Positions 44,829 through 55,479 are shown, counted from the stretch's first letter. The stretch is DNA of 64,000 nucleotides from a bacterium (GCA_029547225.1 JAKPPS010000024.1:893-64892), one strand, 5' to 3'. Notes: generated by a model not told the origin, from the letters alone. Program-made: numbers and translations.

Positions 44829-45494
44829 CTACTTGTATACTGGAGGTTTTAACCAATTCTTTAAATTCTTAATTCCAAATTTTGCTAGAAATATCATGGC
44901 GACAACGGAAATCGCAAATGCAAGTAAAATAACACCTAACTTTAATATCTGAGCACCTGCATAACCTGGTTGGGTAGGGGTAATTATTAAATTGTCATCC
45001 AAAGTAATATTAAATTTTTTAGATGAAGTATAATTACTATCAGCAGTCCACGCAGTGATATCAACAGCAATATCATAAGAGCCGCTATTTATTGGAATAA
45101 TAAACGCTTCAACTTCATACACTTCACCCGCCTTCGTAGGGAAGAAATTCTGATATCTTGGATCAATTTCTAAACCGAATGGGGCAATAATACTTACATC
45201 AGTTTCTTTAACATCTGTTGAAGGAATAAATCGTATTGTTATTGGTATCTTGTTATTCCATGGATTCTGAGTCTCGACAAAAATTTCTATATCAAAGGAT
45301 ATTTGAGATTTAGTACTTGTAGTAGAAGTAGTGATATCGGTTGAAGGATTAGTGAGATTACTATCCTGGGATGTACTATTTGCACTATCAATAATAGGCT
45401 CGATTGTTTGTGCAACAGACTTATTAATAGGAAAGAATGCAAAAATTACTACAGAAAAGGTAATTGCTAAAACCACTAATATTTTATTCTTCAT
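44829..45494 (-). CDS. hypothetical surface protein (signal peptide, Thr/Ser linker, beta-rich domain, C-terminal TM anchor)
   Basis: MKNKILVVLAITFSVVIFAF signal, a TTSTTSTKS linker and a C-terminal LKLGVILLAFAISVVAMIFLA helix. Confidence 0.4.
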   Translation of the reverse strand: MKNKILVVLAITFSVVIFAFFPINKSVAQTIEPIIDSANSTSQDSNLTNPSTDITTSTTSTKSQISFDIEIFVETQNPWNNKIPITIRFIPSTDVKETDVSIIAPFGLEIDPRYQNFFPTKAGEVYEVEAFIIPINSGSYDIAVDITAWTADSNYTSSKKFNITLDDNLIITPTQPGYAGAQILKLGVILLAFAISVVAMIFLAKFGIKNLKNWLKPPVYK

Positions 45495-45536
45495 ATATCC
45501 GATTTTATCATCAATTTAATATTTTATAAATATTTA

Positions 45537-47423
45537 CTAGCTGCTAAGTGATTTAGGCTTTTTATTATTACTATATCTTTTGATTTGATGCTTTTTGTTA
45601 AAAACAAAATGATAAATAATAATCGATATAATAATTAGAGGAATTATACTAATAACTGTTGGTAAGAGTTTTTCCCACCAATAAGTATAGTTATCGATCT
45701 TAATATTAATTGTTGATGAACTACTCTGATTGTTTACATCTGTATACCTGCATAAGTAGCTATTATTAGTGTTATTTTCAACAGTAAATGAAGCTTGAAC
45801 TGAATCCTTAGGAAGTAAAGTTTGGTTAATATTTATTCCTAACTCTTCGCAAATAATACTATTAATAATCGTATTACCTGTATTAGTAAAGGTTAAATTA
45901 TTTGTTACTGTGGGCATAAAATTCGGAACAGATGTCTTCTCTGATGCGATAGTTAAATTCTCCTTAATATCGCTAGATGCATCATCAAGTACAAAATTAT
46001 ATTCAGAGTCTGTAAAGTAAGGAAGTTTTGGATTAAAGGCGTTAGAACTTCTCTGAATAATTGCAATGTGGTCTGATAAATCAGAATCAAAAAAATCTCC
46101 TTCAGATACATCATCTAGTGCAGGATCGATTGCTCTCCAGTCACTCTTCTGATCAAAATACTCAACCCATGAATGAAAGAAACCATTTTTATTTTTATCC
46201 GGAGAATATACATAACCTAAGGACATCCTTGAAGGGATACCATGCTCCCTATACAGTGCAATTAAAAAATCCACATAATCTTCTGAAATTGCACTTGATT
46301 TCCTTGATAAAGCTCCTTCTACGCCACCACGTAATGGATTTTCTACTGAAGATGACTCTTGGCTTGTAGGAGATAAACGATCAATTACATAACGGTACAG
46401 GGCTTTGTAGAGGCCATAATTCTTTTTTATTTCAACCTGATTCTGATTTAAATAGAGAGATATACGATTAATTTCTGATTCTGACTGTAAGTCCCAGTAA
46501 TCTACAATAGAGCTGGATTCGTCATCTATTGAATTTGTATCACTATTGTCAACTAACATCACATTGCCACTAATATTTACCTGAATTTTGCTTGATGGTT
46601 GAACATCATATACGAGAAAAATATTACCATCTATATCTTGATACGAATTATTAGGTAGCGGATCTATGTAATCTACTGAAACCATTTGACGTGAAGTCGC
46701 AACGGGCAAAGGAATTTCATTGGTAAGTGTAATATCTGAGGTATTAGTTAATTCCTTACTAATTGTATATTTATATTTTAATGAGTTACCTAGCAAAATT
46801 CTGATATTTGTTATCTGCGGATTTAAGAAGGTAATTTTGTATGAGTTAGCGTTTTTAATATTCTCTTGTGGCTTAATTGAGGAGAAAACTAATTCCCCCC
46901 AGGAAGAAGGATAGGTAATCTCAATATACTTAGTGTCAAAACCATCAGCATATTTGGCGGGAAAATCTATTTGAGTATTCTCGTTTATTAACCGGTATTG
47001 AAAAGTACAATTTAATTTGTCTCCTGGTTTCAATATATAGCCATCAAGTGACAATGTAATATTTGAATAATTGCTTTGTTTATATGTATCATGATTTTGA
47101 GTTCTTCCATTACATTGGAGTGAATCAGCAGATATCTCAGTCTGTGGAATTGTAAGCGTATAATAATCTAATACTGTCGTTTGATTATTTGTTGCGGTAA
47201 AACTAACTTCATATATGATATCAGTGTATTTTTCTGCAAGTGAATATTTAATCCCGATCTCTTCAGTTACATTTGATGCGAATGTATGACTTAATAATGT
47301 AAATGAGAAAATACTTACAGCAAGAATAAATACAATACTTAGCGAAGCAACACGAACAAATGAAAATAATTCGTTAAATTTTTGTAAAATTATCTTGTGT
47401 GAATAACCATTCAAATTTTTCAT
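45537..47423 (-). CDS. transglutaminase-like (papain-fold) domain membrane protein in which the expected catalytic Cys appears to be replaced by Ser
   Basis: TM helices at both ends. AISEDYVDFLIALYREHGIPSRMSLGY...FFHSWVEYF...WRAIDPA aligns with the transglutaminase core (G.C..F...L.R..GIPAR...H.W......W..D) with Ser at the Cys position. Confidence 0.55.
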   Translation of the reverse strand: MKNLNGYSHKIILQKFNELFSFVRVASLSIVFILAVSIFSFTLLSHTFASNVTEEIGIKYSLAEKYTDIIYEVSFTATNNQTTVLDYYTLTIPQTEISADSLQCNGRTQNHDTYKQSNYSNITLSLDGYILKPGDKLNCTFQYRLINENTQIDFPAKYADGFDTKYIEITYPSSWGELVFSSIKPQENIKNANSYKITFLNPQITNIRILLGNSLKYKYTISKELTNTSDITLTNEIPLPVATSRQMVSVDYIDPLPNNSYQDIDGNIFLVYDVQPSSKIQVNISGNVMLVDNSDTNSIDDESSSIVDYWDLQSESEINRISLYLNQNQVEIKKNYGLYKALYRYVIDRLSPTSQESSSVENPLRGGVEGALSRKSSAISEDYVDFLIALYREHGIPSRMSLGYVYSPDKNKNGFFHSWVEYFDQKSDWRAIDPALDDVSEGDFFDSDLSDHIAIIQRSSNAFNPKLPYFTDSEYNFVLDDASSDIKENLTIASEKTSVPNFMPTVTNNLTFTNTGNTIINSIICEELGININQTLLPKDSVQASFTVENNTNNSYLCRYTDVNNQSSSSTINIKIDNYTYWWEKLLPTVISIIPLIIISIIIYHFVFNKKHQIKRYSNNKKPKSLSS

Positions 47424-48105
47424 ACTTTCTAAGAATCTGTTTAAGAATTGGGGTTTTGTCTGAAATCCCGTACTTTAATAATACAGGTTTCATATCAACT
47501 TTTCTATACTTAGAAATATTTTTATAATTTGGGTTTCTTACAATTTCCAAGCGAGAATTCTTAGCAATTATGTAATATGGTGCGCCATTCTTCTCATTTG
47601 AGATCACCTTACTCTTAGTTTTATTTGAGTGAAATTCTGCAAAAATAAAGTTTTGTTTCCTGGTATTTATTGCTGAGTATGCGTATCCACAAGGCAGGAT
47701 GACTTTTGAACCAGCTTTAACGCGTAAAATAATTGTGTCAAGTGTGTAGTCAATATTATATTTGTAAAGAATAAACAATCCTGCACCATAAACACACTCT
47801 AGAATCTTGGGATAATTCAATATCCTCGAGCATAATGTCTTGCAATACTCAATACCTATCATGCCTGGATAAACCATTATGATGTTCATCGCGATTCCCT
47901 TGTTAGAAAGAATTCCATGTATGTCGCCACGTAAATATTTACGATATATATTCTCAGGAAGCTGCACTTCATTATTTAGTATCTGTTTACGCAGAGAAGA
48001 GATTTTAATTAAAAGGCTTTTTCTGAATTTAAGATCTGCACTTTTAATTTGATTATCGATAATCTGTACTGAAAATCCAATATTTCTTTTGATGTCTAAT
48101 ATCAT
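47374..48105 (-). CDS. cupin-fold protein distantly resembling cupin-type phosphoglucose isomerase, with metal ligands not conserved
   Basis: PGMIGIEYCKTLCSRI...ILECVYGAG...VKAGSKVILPCGYAYSAIN parallels my recollection of archaeal cPGI (..TKGHFH...EVY..L.G......G..V.VPP..AH...N). A from-memory comparison only. Confidence 0.3.
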   Translation of the reverse strand: MILDIKRNIGFSVQIIDNQIKSADLKFRKSLLIKISSLRKQILNNEVQLPENIYRKYLRGDIHGILSNKGIAMNIIMVYPGMIGIEYCKTLCSRILNYPKILECVYGAGLFILYKYNIDYTLDTIILRVKAGSKVILPCGYAYSAINTRKQNFIFAEFHSNKTKSKVISNEKNGAPYYIIAKNSRLEIVRNPNYKNISKYRKVDMKPVLLKYGISDKTPILKQILRKYEKFEWLFTQDNFTKI

Positions 48106-48389
48106 TAGTTTGAAAAAGCTCTAATTAATTCAATTGCAACAAATGCTAAGATCATATAGAAACCTAAACCTAATAATGCTAATAAATCGATATGAAAACC
48201 AAACCAAATCGTTTCTGGAGGTACAATACCATTTAGGAAACTAAGAAAAAAGTCGGAGTATCTATAAACTATATCAACTAGTTTAATACCAGAAGATGCC
48301 TCGATAAGCTTTAGAACAAACCTAATAGCGATAAGAGTTTCTATTAAGACGAGTATTGTATAAACTATTTTTGCTATGATTTTAAACAT
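48105..48389 (-). CDS. small two-TM protein, possibly YggT family
   Basis: 94 aa with two hydrophobic helices and an AIRFVLKLIE segment reminiscent of YggT. Confidence 0.35.
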   Translation of the reverse strand: MFKIIAKIVYTILVLIETLIAIRFVLKLIEASSGIKLVDIVYRYSDFFLSFLNGIVPPETIWFGFHIDLLALLGLGFYMILAFVAIELIRAFSN

Positions 48390-48409
48390 GTTCGATTATA
48401 ACCTTTAGA

Positions 48410-49102
48410 TTATATATTTTCAAGATTATCTAAATAATACTGTAGTTCGTTCATATATTTTTGTACTCCATTTGCCCAAGCATGAGCTGGATCCTGACCA
48501 CAAGGCGGGCAATAAGTTGGTTCAATTTGGCTAGGAGTAAGAGTTGTACCATAGCCATAAGCTAATCCCTCAGTTACAGTAGTAACACCTTCTTTCCAAG
48601 TGGGAAACATGCTCCAGTCACCACCTGGACCTCCACGCCATCCCCAACCGTTATTAGAATTCAAGGGAATAATATTACCGAAAGCAGATTCCACACCAGA
48701 TATGCTTGCAACCAGTCTCCAATCTAGACCTGTTCTATCAGCTTCCATTATAAATATTTCAGCATAGGGATACATTGGTGATCTGTAATCTTGTAAAAAT
48801 CGTCGCATAGCAATTACTCGAGGATCCGTTGTGATATATTTATTCTGATCTGAAGTACTTAAAACATTTTCTTCCTCAATAATATTATATGCCCAGGATT
48901 CTGTTAGTACAGGATCTGTAATTGGTCTAAGGTATATAGATTCTTGAGTTGGTTTGTAAGCTTTACTCAATAATTTACTTTGCACAGATGTCGCAAAATT
49001 ATTAATAGGCGTAAAGATAAATAGCATGTATACACCTGCAATAGATACGATTAGAATAAAGAAAATAATAAATTTTAAAATGTTAGGTTGCTTTTTATCC
49101 AT
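48410..49102 (-). CDS. secreted glucosaminidase/FlgJ-like peptidoglycan hydrolase candidate (paralog of 38484..39098)
   Basis: N-terminal TM helix, then WRLVASISGVESAFGN...NNGWGWRGG...FPTWKEGVTTV. The ES..G and N.WGW.GG blocks are shared with the 38484 protein. Confidence 0.45.
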   Translation of the reverse strand: MDKKQPNILKFIIFFILIVSIAGVYMLFIFTPINNFATSVQSKLLSKAYKPTQESIYLRPITDPVLTESWAYNIIEEENVLSTSDQNKYITTDPRVIAMRRFLQDYRSPMYPYAEIFIMEADRTGLDWRLVASISGVESAFGNIIPLNSNNGWGWRGGPGGDWSMFPTWKEGVTTVTEGLAYGYGTTLTPSQIEPTYCPPCGQDPAHAWANGVQKYMNELQYYLDNLENI

Positions 49103-49179
49103 TTCTCAAGTATAACAATTTACATACCAAACTGGAATATGTAGAATAGAATAATATTTAGAAGTTTCATTTCAAAACC

Positions 49180-52100
49180 GTGTTTACACATCTGCACTTA
49201 CATACAGATTATTCGTTGTTGGATAGCGTAATACAGCTTTATCCTCTTTTTGATAAGCTTACCGCTCAAGGTTTTAAGGCTTGCGCAATAACAGATCATG
49301 GTAATATGTATGCTGCCAATAAATTTTATGGTGGTTTATCGAAAGCAGGAATCAAACCAATTATCGGTTGCGAAATATATGTAAGTCCTCGCTCAATGTT
49401 TAGTAAGCAGTATGGTATAGATAATAAGTATAATCACCTAATACTCCTTGCTAAGAATCTTGAGGGTTACAAAAATCTTATCAAATTGGTTTCTAAATCT
49501 CATATTGAAGGTTTTTATTATAAACCTCGAGTAGATTTTGACACTATAAAGGAGTACTCAAAAGGATTAATTTGTTCTACAGCATGTTTACAAGGTGTTG
49601 TCTCTAAGCCGTTAATGGATAACAACGAAAAGCTAGCCATTGAGAATCTAGAAAAGTATTATGAATTATTTAAAGACGATTTTTACATCGAATTACAAAG
49701 AAATGGTTTAGATATCCAGGAAAAAGTTAATGAAAAGCTAATAGAATATTCCAAGAAATATTCTATACCTGTAATTGCAACTTGTGATAGTCATTTCTTG
49801 AGTAAAGAGGATTCTGTCTTACAGGAGATTCTCTGGTGTATAAGGGACTCAAAAACATTAGACGATCCGTCCAGAATGAAATTAGAATCTCAAGAGTTCT
49901 ATGTGAAGTCAGACGAAGAAATGGTCGATTTGTTTAAGGATATCCCTGAGGCTATTGAGAATACACAAGTTATAGCAGATAAAGTTGAACAATATAATAT
50001 AAAATGGGGTCGGGTACAGCCAATATTTACTGACAAAGCAGAAGATGTAACATCAGGAGAATATTTACGGAAAATAACCTACGACAACGCTCCGTCAAAA
50101 TATGGAGAATTAACTGAGGATCTAAAAAACCGCTTAGATTATGAATTAGATTTAATTCATTCAAAGGGATATGATGATTATTTTTTGATTGTTCGCTCAT
50201 TTGTAAGATTCTGTAGAGATAATGGTATTATTGTGGGTATGAGAGGTTCAGGATGCGGTTCTGCAGTAGCTTATTCTGTAGGTATTACGCACGTTGAACC
50301 AATTAAGTGGGAACTTTATTTCGAACGATTTCTCAACCCTGAAAGAGATTCGCCACCTGATTTTGATATCGATATAGCTGATGAACGTAGAAATGAAGTA
50401 ATCGATTTTGCAATAAACCAGTTCGGTGAAGATAATGTTAAGCAGATAGGTACATTTAGCAAGCTACAAACAAGGCAAGCTATCAGAGATATAGCACGTG
50501 TACTTGGAATAGATCTAATGATAGCTGACAAGCTTTCCAAAATGGTAGTTATTGAATTTGGAAAGAGTAAGCCGATTGATTACATGTTGGAGCACGATAA
50601 GGAATTTAGTGCAATTATTAATTCGTCTCCAGAGATATTACAATTAGCTGATTATGTAAGGAAGTTAAATGGTGTTCATCGAGGAGTTTCTACACATGCG
50701 TGCGGTATTATTATTACTCCAGAGCCACTTGTAGAGTATTGTCCGATTCAGAAGGATGCTCATGGTGGAGGTATGGGTATGACGCAGTATGAGATGTCTG
50801 ATACTGAAGACATAGGTTTAATGAAATACGACTTTCTTGGATTAAGGAACCTAAGCATTATAGGTAAAACGGTGTCAATGATCGAACGAAGTAAGGGAAT
50901 AAAGGTTGATCTTATGTCTATCGATCCTCATGATAAAGAAACATATAAAACGATTCAAGATGGACATACTGTAGGCGTTTTTCAGATGGAAAGTGAGGGC
51001 ATGAAGAGACTTGTAAAAGAGTTACAACCAGAATCACTTGAGGAAATAAGTTATATTTTGGCAGCATATCGACCTGGACCTCTACAGTTTATTCCGGAAT
51101 ATATTGCAGTTAAAAAGGGAAAGAAAGAAATCGAATATTTGATTCCTGAATTAGAGCCAATTTTGAAAGTTACAAATGGTGTTATTACTTATCAGGAGCA
51201 GGTTATCAGGATTGCAGTGGATATTGCAGGCTATACGATGGGTGCTGCTGATATGCTTCGTAGAGCTATGGGTAAAAAGAAGATGGAGATTATGGATCAG
51301 GAGAAAGTGAAATTCATCGATGGTGCAACAGCACATGGATTTGATAAAGAGAAGATAGAACAGCTATGGGAACGATTAGTTCAATTTGCAAACTATGGTT
51401 TTAATAAAGCTCATTCAGCATCATATGCGTATGTTACATATTGGACGGCATATTTGAAAACACACTATCCTATTGAGTTTATGGCTTCAATTTTGGAAAG
51501 TGATCTTGAAAAGTTTGATCGTGTTGTAATAGACATGGAAGAGTGTAAGAGAATTGGAATAAAAGTGCTACCACCTCACGTAAATAAGAGTGATTTTTAC
51601 TTTGCTCTAGAGGAAGAAAAGAATGTTAGATTCGGATTAGCAGGTATTAAGAATCTTGGTGAGGATGCGGCTAAATCAGTAGTGGAAGAACGTAATGAAA
51701 ATGGAGAATATTTGAATTTTGATGATTTTATATATCGAGCAATTACTCGAAAGGTAGCAATCAAAGCTATAGAGTATCTGATTAAGGCAGGAGCACTAGA
51801 TCATTGGGGAAATCGTGAGAGTTTAATAGCAACATTACAGTCGCTATATGATAAGTATCGTAAACAAATTAGTAATTTCACTGAAGGACAGATTGATCTT
51901 TTTGGAAACGGAAGTACGAAACTATCTAATATTGAAGTGGCATCAGTAATTCCAGAAGCCCCAAAGCTCTCAGATTTTGAAAAATTAAAGTGGGAAAAAG
52001 AGTTGTTGGGTTTATACATGACCAATCATCCTTTGAATGATTTTGATGAGATTTTTAAAGAAAAGCATGTTGTCCCTGTCGCAGAATTAAAGAATAGAAA

Positions 52101-52572
52101 TGAAAATGATTTTGTTGTAATTGGTGGAATTATTAACAAAATTAAACGAATAACGACTAAAAACAATGATAATATGGCGATATTAAGTATTGAAGATATG
52201 ACAGGAATGACAGAAATAGTCGCTTTCCCACGTATCTATGAAAAGATTAAAGATGAATTTGTACAAAACATTCCTATTCTGTTTGTTGGGCGTGTGAAAT
52301 ATCGTGAAGATGTCGTAAGTGTAATATTAGATAAGGCAAAAGCACTAGATCCAGAGAAACATAGTAACAATTTTAGTGGTATAATATTCAAAATCAGAGA
52401 TGATCATACTGAGGGTGACATATCAGACTTGAAGCAAATCATTAAAGACCATCCAGGAGATATACCAGTAAAAATCATTTCATTGCAAGGTGATGAAGTT
52501 AAAACTGTTGTCCTGAACAACAAAGTAGCTAAATGTGCAGAAATCGAAGAATGTCAGAAGAAATTTTCGTAA
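49180..52572 (+). CDS. dnaE: DNA polymerase III alpha subunit
   Basis: GTG start. PHP domain HLHLHTDYSLLDS, GYDDYFLIV, FERFLNPER..PPDFDIDI, GLMKYDFLGL and KAHSASYA; 1130 aa. Confidence 0.95.
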   Translation: MFTHLHLHTDYSLLDSVIQLYPLFDKLTAQGFKACAITDHGNMYAANKFYGGLSKAGIKPIIGCEIYVSPRSMFSKQYGIDNKYNHLILLAKNLEGYKNLIKLVSKSHIEGFYYKPRVDFDTIKEYSKGLICSTACLQGVVSKPLMDNNEKLAIENLEKYYELFKDDFYIELQRNGLDIQEKVNEKLIEYSKKYSIPVIATCDSHFLSKEDSVLQEILWCIRDSKTLDDPSRMKLESQEFYVKSDEEMVDLFKDIPEAIENTQVIADKVEQYNIKWGRVQPIFTDKAEDVTSGEYLRKITYDNAPSKYGELTEDLKNRLDYELDLIHSKGYDDYFLIVRSFVRFCRDNGIIVGMRGSGCGSAVAYSVGITHVEPIKWELYFERFLNPERDSPPDFDIDIADERRNEVIDFAINQFGEDNVKQIGTFSKLQTRQAIRDIARVLGIDLMIADKLSKMVVIEFGKSKPIDYMLEHDKEFSAIINSSPEILQLADYVRKLNGVHRGVSTHACGIIITPEPLVEYCPIQKDAHGGGMGMTQYEMSDTEDIGLMKYDFLGLRNLSIIGKTVSMIERSKGIKVDLMSIDPHDKETYKTIQDGHTVGVFQMESEGMKRLVKELQPESLEEISYILAAYRPGPLQFIPEYIAVKKGKKEIEYLIPELEPILKVTNGVITYQEQVIRIAVDIAGYTMGAADMLRRAMGKKKMEIMDQEKVKFIDGATAHGFDKEKIEQLWERLVQFANYGFNKAHSASYAYVTYWTAYLKTHYPIEFMASILESDLEKFDRVVIDMEECKRIGIKVLPPHVNKSDFYFALEEEKNVRFGLAGIKNLGEDAAKSVVEERNENGEYLNFDDFIYRAITRKVAIKAIEYLIKAGALDHWGNRESLIATLQSLYDKYRKQISNFTEGQIDLFGNGSTKLSNIEVASVIPEAPKLSDFEKLKWEKELLGLYMTNHPLNDFDEIFKEKHVVPVAELKNRNENDFVVIGGIINKIKRITTKNNDNMAILSIEDMTGMTEIVAFPRIYEKIKDEFVQNIPILFVGRVKYREDVVSVILDKAKALDPEKHSNNFSGIIFKIRDDHTEGDISDLKQIIKDHPGDIPVKIISLQGDEVKTVVLNNKVAKCAEIEECQKKFS

Positions 52573-54062
52573 ACCAATCAGATTATGATCTATTACCCCG
52601 ATTACCAGGTGTATACCGCTTCTATGATAAAGAAAACACATTAATGTATATTGGAAAGGCTTTATCTCTTAAGGATCGAGTAAGTTCTTATTTTAAAAAC
52701 GATCATTTAGATAGGCCACACATTATTCCAATGATTCCGAAAATCGTCAAAATAGGATACATATCAACTACTAATGAAGTTGAGTCATTGATTCTTGAAG
52801 CAGCATTAATAAAACAATATCAACCTAAATACAATATCGAACTAAAGGATGATAAATCATTTGCATGGATTTACATATCCACAAACGAACAATTCCCAAA
52901 AGTGAAAGTGGTTAGAAGCATTACAAAAACAGAATACCAGAAAGGTAAGTTATTTGGGCCATATCCTGATGGAAGCTCAGTACGAAGAGTATATCGGTAT
53001 TTGCGTAAAGTCTTTCCATTTTGTAATTGCAAAAGCAAAGAAGAAGAAGAGATGTACTACCAAATAGGACTTTGCGCTGGTCCCAACATCGGAAAGATAA
53101 ATAAAAAAGATTATCGCAAAATTATCAAAGAACTAATTTCGGTGTTACAAGGCAAGCGAGTTAACATTATTAATCGCCTCCAAAAGGAAATGGATTATCT
53201 CGCCAAAAACGAAAAATTTGAGGAAGCCGCACTACTGCGCGATAAAATTAATGATTTAAAATATGTAAGTAGAAGTACAGGATTAGACCTTTCAACTAAT
53301 GAGTTACAATATTCCGCATATAAACAAGAGAAACTTAATGCAATTGCAAAGCAGCTTGAGATAGATCATATTAAAAGAATTGAATGTTATGACATTTCAC
53401 ATCAAGCTGGTAAGAATGGTTATGGATCAATGGTTGTTTCAGTTGATGGATATCCTCGGTCGGAAATGTATCGTTCATTTAAAATAAATATTGAGAATAC
53501 TGGTGACGATTATTCGTCATTGCGTGAGGTTATACAGAGGCGTCTGAGATTAATAGAAGACAAAGAATTTGGTGATATCCCTGATTTAATAGTAATAGAT
53601 GGCGGTCCTAATCAGCTTCTCGCAATATACGATATTGTAAATAAATATAATAATATTGGTATACTTGGTATTTCAAAGGGTCGAAAATATAAAAGAAAGG
53701 GTTCAAGATTGCATGATGAATTTTGGATATATGATAAACTCAGTCTTAATACTGATTCGCTGACACCAAAAATAAGGCAGATTAATCTTAGGAATCCAGA
53801 AATTATTGCATCATTGAGAGATGAAGCTCATAGATTTGTTATAAAGCTTTCAAGAAATGCTAAAAGAGAAGGAATAAAGAAATCAGTTTATGACGAAATA
53901 TCTGGAGTCGGTCCACAGATAAAAAAGATTTTGAAACAAAAATATCAATCTCCTAAAGATATACTTAAAACAAGTGTTGAAGAACTAACCATTACTATTA
54001 AAAATCGTTCTACTGCAATTAATATTATGAATTACTTGTCAACAAAATATAAATCTAATTAG
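52533..54062 (+). CDS. uvrC: excinuclease ABC subunit C (short form, 509 aa)
   Basis: GIY-YIG (PGVYRFYD...LMYIGKA), UVR domain (FEEAALLRDKINDLKYV), IECYDISH, DLIVIDGGPNQL, RDEAHRF and a C-terminal HhH (ISGVGPQ). The likely start is the ATG at 52551. It overlaps the end of dnaE. Confidence 0.85.
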   Translation: MCRNRRMSEEIFVNQSDYDLLPRLPGVYRFYDKENTLMYIGKALSLKDRVSSYFKNDHLDRPHIIPMIPKIVKIGYISTTNEVESLILEAALIKQYQPKYNIELKDDKSFAWIYISTNEQFPKVKVVRSITKTEYQKGKLFGPYPDGSSVRRVYRYLRKVFPFCNCKSKEEEEMYYQIGLCAGPNIGKINKKDYRKIIKELISVLQGKRVNIINRLQKEMDYLAKNEKFEEAALLRDKINDLKYVSRSTGLDLSTNELQYSAYKQEKLNAIAKQLEIDHIKRIECYDISHQAGKNGYGSMVVSVDGYPRSEMYRSFKINIENTGDDYSSLREVIQRRLRLIEDKEFGDIPDLIVIDGGPNQLLAIYDIVNKYNNIGILGISKGRKYKRKGSRLHDEFWIYDKLSLNTDSLTPKIRQINLRNPEIIASLRDEAHRFVIKLSRNAKREGIKKSVYDEISGVGPQIKKILKQKYQSPKDILKTSVEELTITIKNRSTAINIMNYLSTKYKSN

Positions 54063-54094
54063 AATTAGTTTATTACTGTCAAAGGAAATAATTG

Positions 54095-55411
54095 TTATCG
54101 ATTAATATTCATTGGAACTATATTCTCAACGAGGAAATCCATGATCGAATTAGCATCAGCTGGACCGTAAAAAATGAATACAACATTATCTCGCGGAGAG
54201 TTAATCACGTATGCAACCATATTTTTATCATCTTCTGACTTTAATTGAGCTTTAAGACCTATCAAATCAGAAAATAGATATGTTTGTGAGTTGACAATCG
54301 AGATATTATTTTGACTTGTGTAATCAAATAAATGTTCATCATACAATCTCCCATCATATGTAATAAAAGGGATTATCTCTACAAAGTTTTCAGTATCACC
54401 AATCATCGTAATTTTAGCTTTCTGAATAGTACTCACATTAGATGAAGTATAGGTGACTACATAACTTCCAGGCATTTCTAAACGCCATGGATAATCAGGT
54501 AACAAAGAAACTGTACTATTTTGCTTGATAGCTTGTTTACGCGTGTTCTCTGCGTCAACTACACGCTTTAGTCCTTCTCTTGCATCAGTCTCAGATACTC
54601 TTTGGAATACAATGTCATCAATTTCTGTATATATTCTTAAACCAATACCTTCTTTAACAAAATATTTACCATATTTCATACTATTATCACTCCTCGGGAC
54701 ATCCTTTACTTGTTCCCAGCCTAATTGTTGCAGTTGCTCATTATAAAAGTTTTCAACATCAGTCCATACTGTACCAGGAGATAATCTATATATTGAATAA
54801 CCAGCAGAAATAAACTCTTTAACTTCTGTAGAGTCTTCATAATTCTCAAAGATAAAAGAGGAACCTGGATACACAGGTATGTCGGCAAATCCATATACCT
54901 GTCCAGTTATTAAATTATCAGTATTATCATTATCACGAATTTGTAAAACAGTTTGAATTGCAAAATAAATAAATGCTGCGAGCAGAAACGGAGAAAGTAT
55001 GATGATTAAAATGGTTATGGATTTCCTAAGAAGATTCTTTCGCTTAACAAATTTTTCGCGGTTAGACGCGCCCTTACCAGTACAAGATTTTTGATACTTT
55101 TTAATAAAATTGTTATCAACCTTTGAACTTTCTCTATCTAATACATTTTGAAGTTTATTTGAAGATCTATGTGATTTTTTCTGTAAATTTGTACTTTGCT
55201 TTCCAAAAATAATGTGATCCTTCTTAATAGTAGTATATTTATGTAAATCAACGCCATCTTCATCTTTAGTTACTTTATTATTTCTATCGTTTTCCTTATG
55301 AGTGCTTGAATTTCTTTTGAAACCTAAGGCTTTTTGAGCATTTGCTAACGATTGCGCCTTAAGATCATTTTTCTCAGTTTTGCTATTTTTTCTAAAAAAG
55401 GGAATGTGCAT
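54095..55411 (-). CDS. hypothetical membrane protein (basic disordered N-terminus, one TM helix, ~280-aa external domain)
   Basis: Long intact ORF with the TM helix ITILIIILSPFLLAAFIYFAI. No motif recognised. Confidence 0.4.
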   Translation of the reverse strand: MHIPFFRKNSKTEKNDLKAQSLANAQKALGFKRNSSTHKENDRNNKVTKDEDGVDLHKYTTIKKDHIIFGKQSTNLQKKSHRSSNKLQNVLDRESSKVDNNFIKKYQKSCTGKGASNREKFVKRKNLLRKSITILIIILSPFLLAAFIYFAIQTVLQIRDNDNTDNLITGQVYGFADIPVYPGSSFIFENYEDSTEVKEFISAGYSIYRLSPGTVWTDVENFYNEQLQQLGWEQVKDVPRSDNSMKYGKYFVKEGIGLRIYTEIDDIVFQRVSETDAREGLKRVVDAENTRKQAIKQNSTVSLLPDYPWRLEMPGSYVVTYTSSNVSTIQKAKITMIGDTENFVEIIPFITYDGRLYDEHLFDYTSQNNISIVNSQTYLFSDLIGLKAQLKSEDDKNMVAYVINSPRDNVVFIFYGPADANSIMDFLVENIVPMNINR

Positions 55412-55479
55412 ATTTTGGCAGTTTATATCAAAAGAAAACGGAACCTTACTAATAATACATTTTTACTCTATAATAAGTC

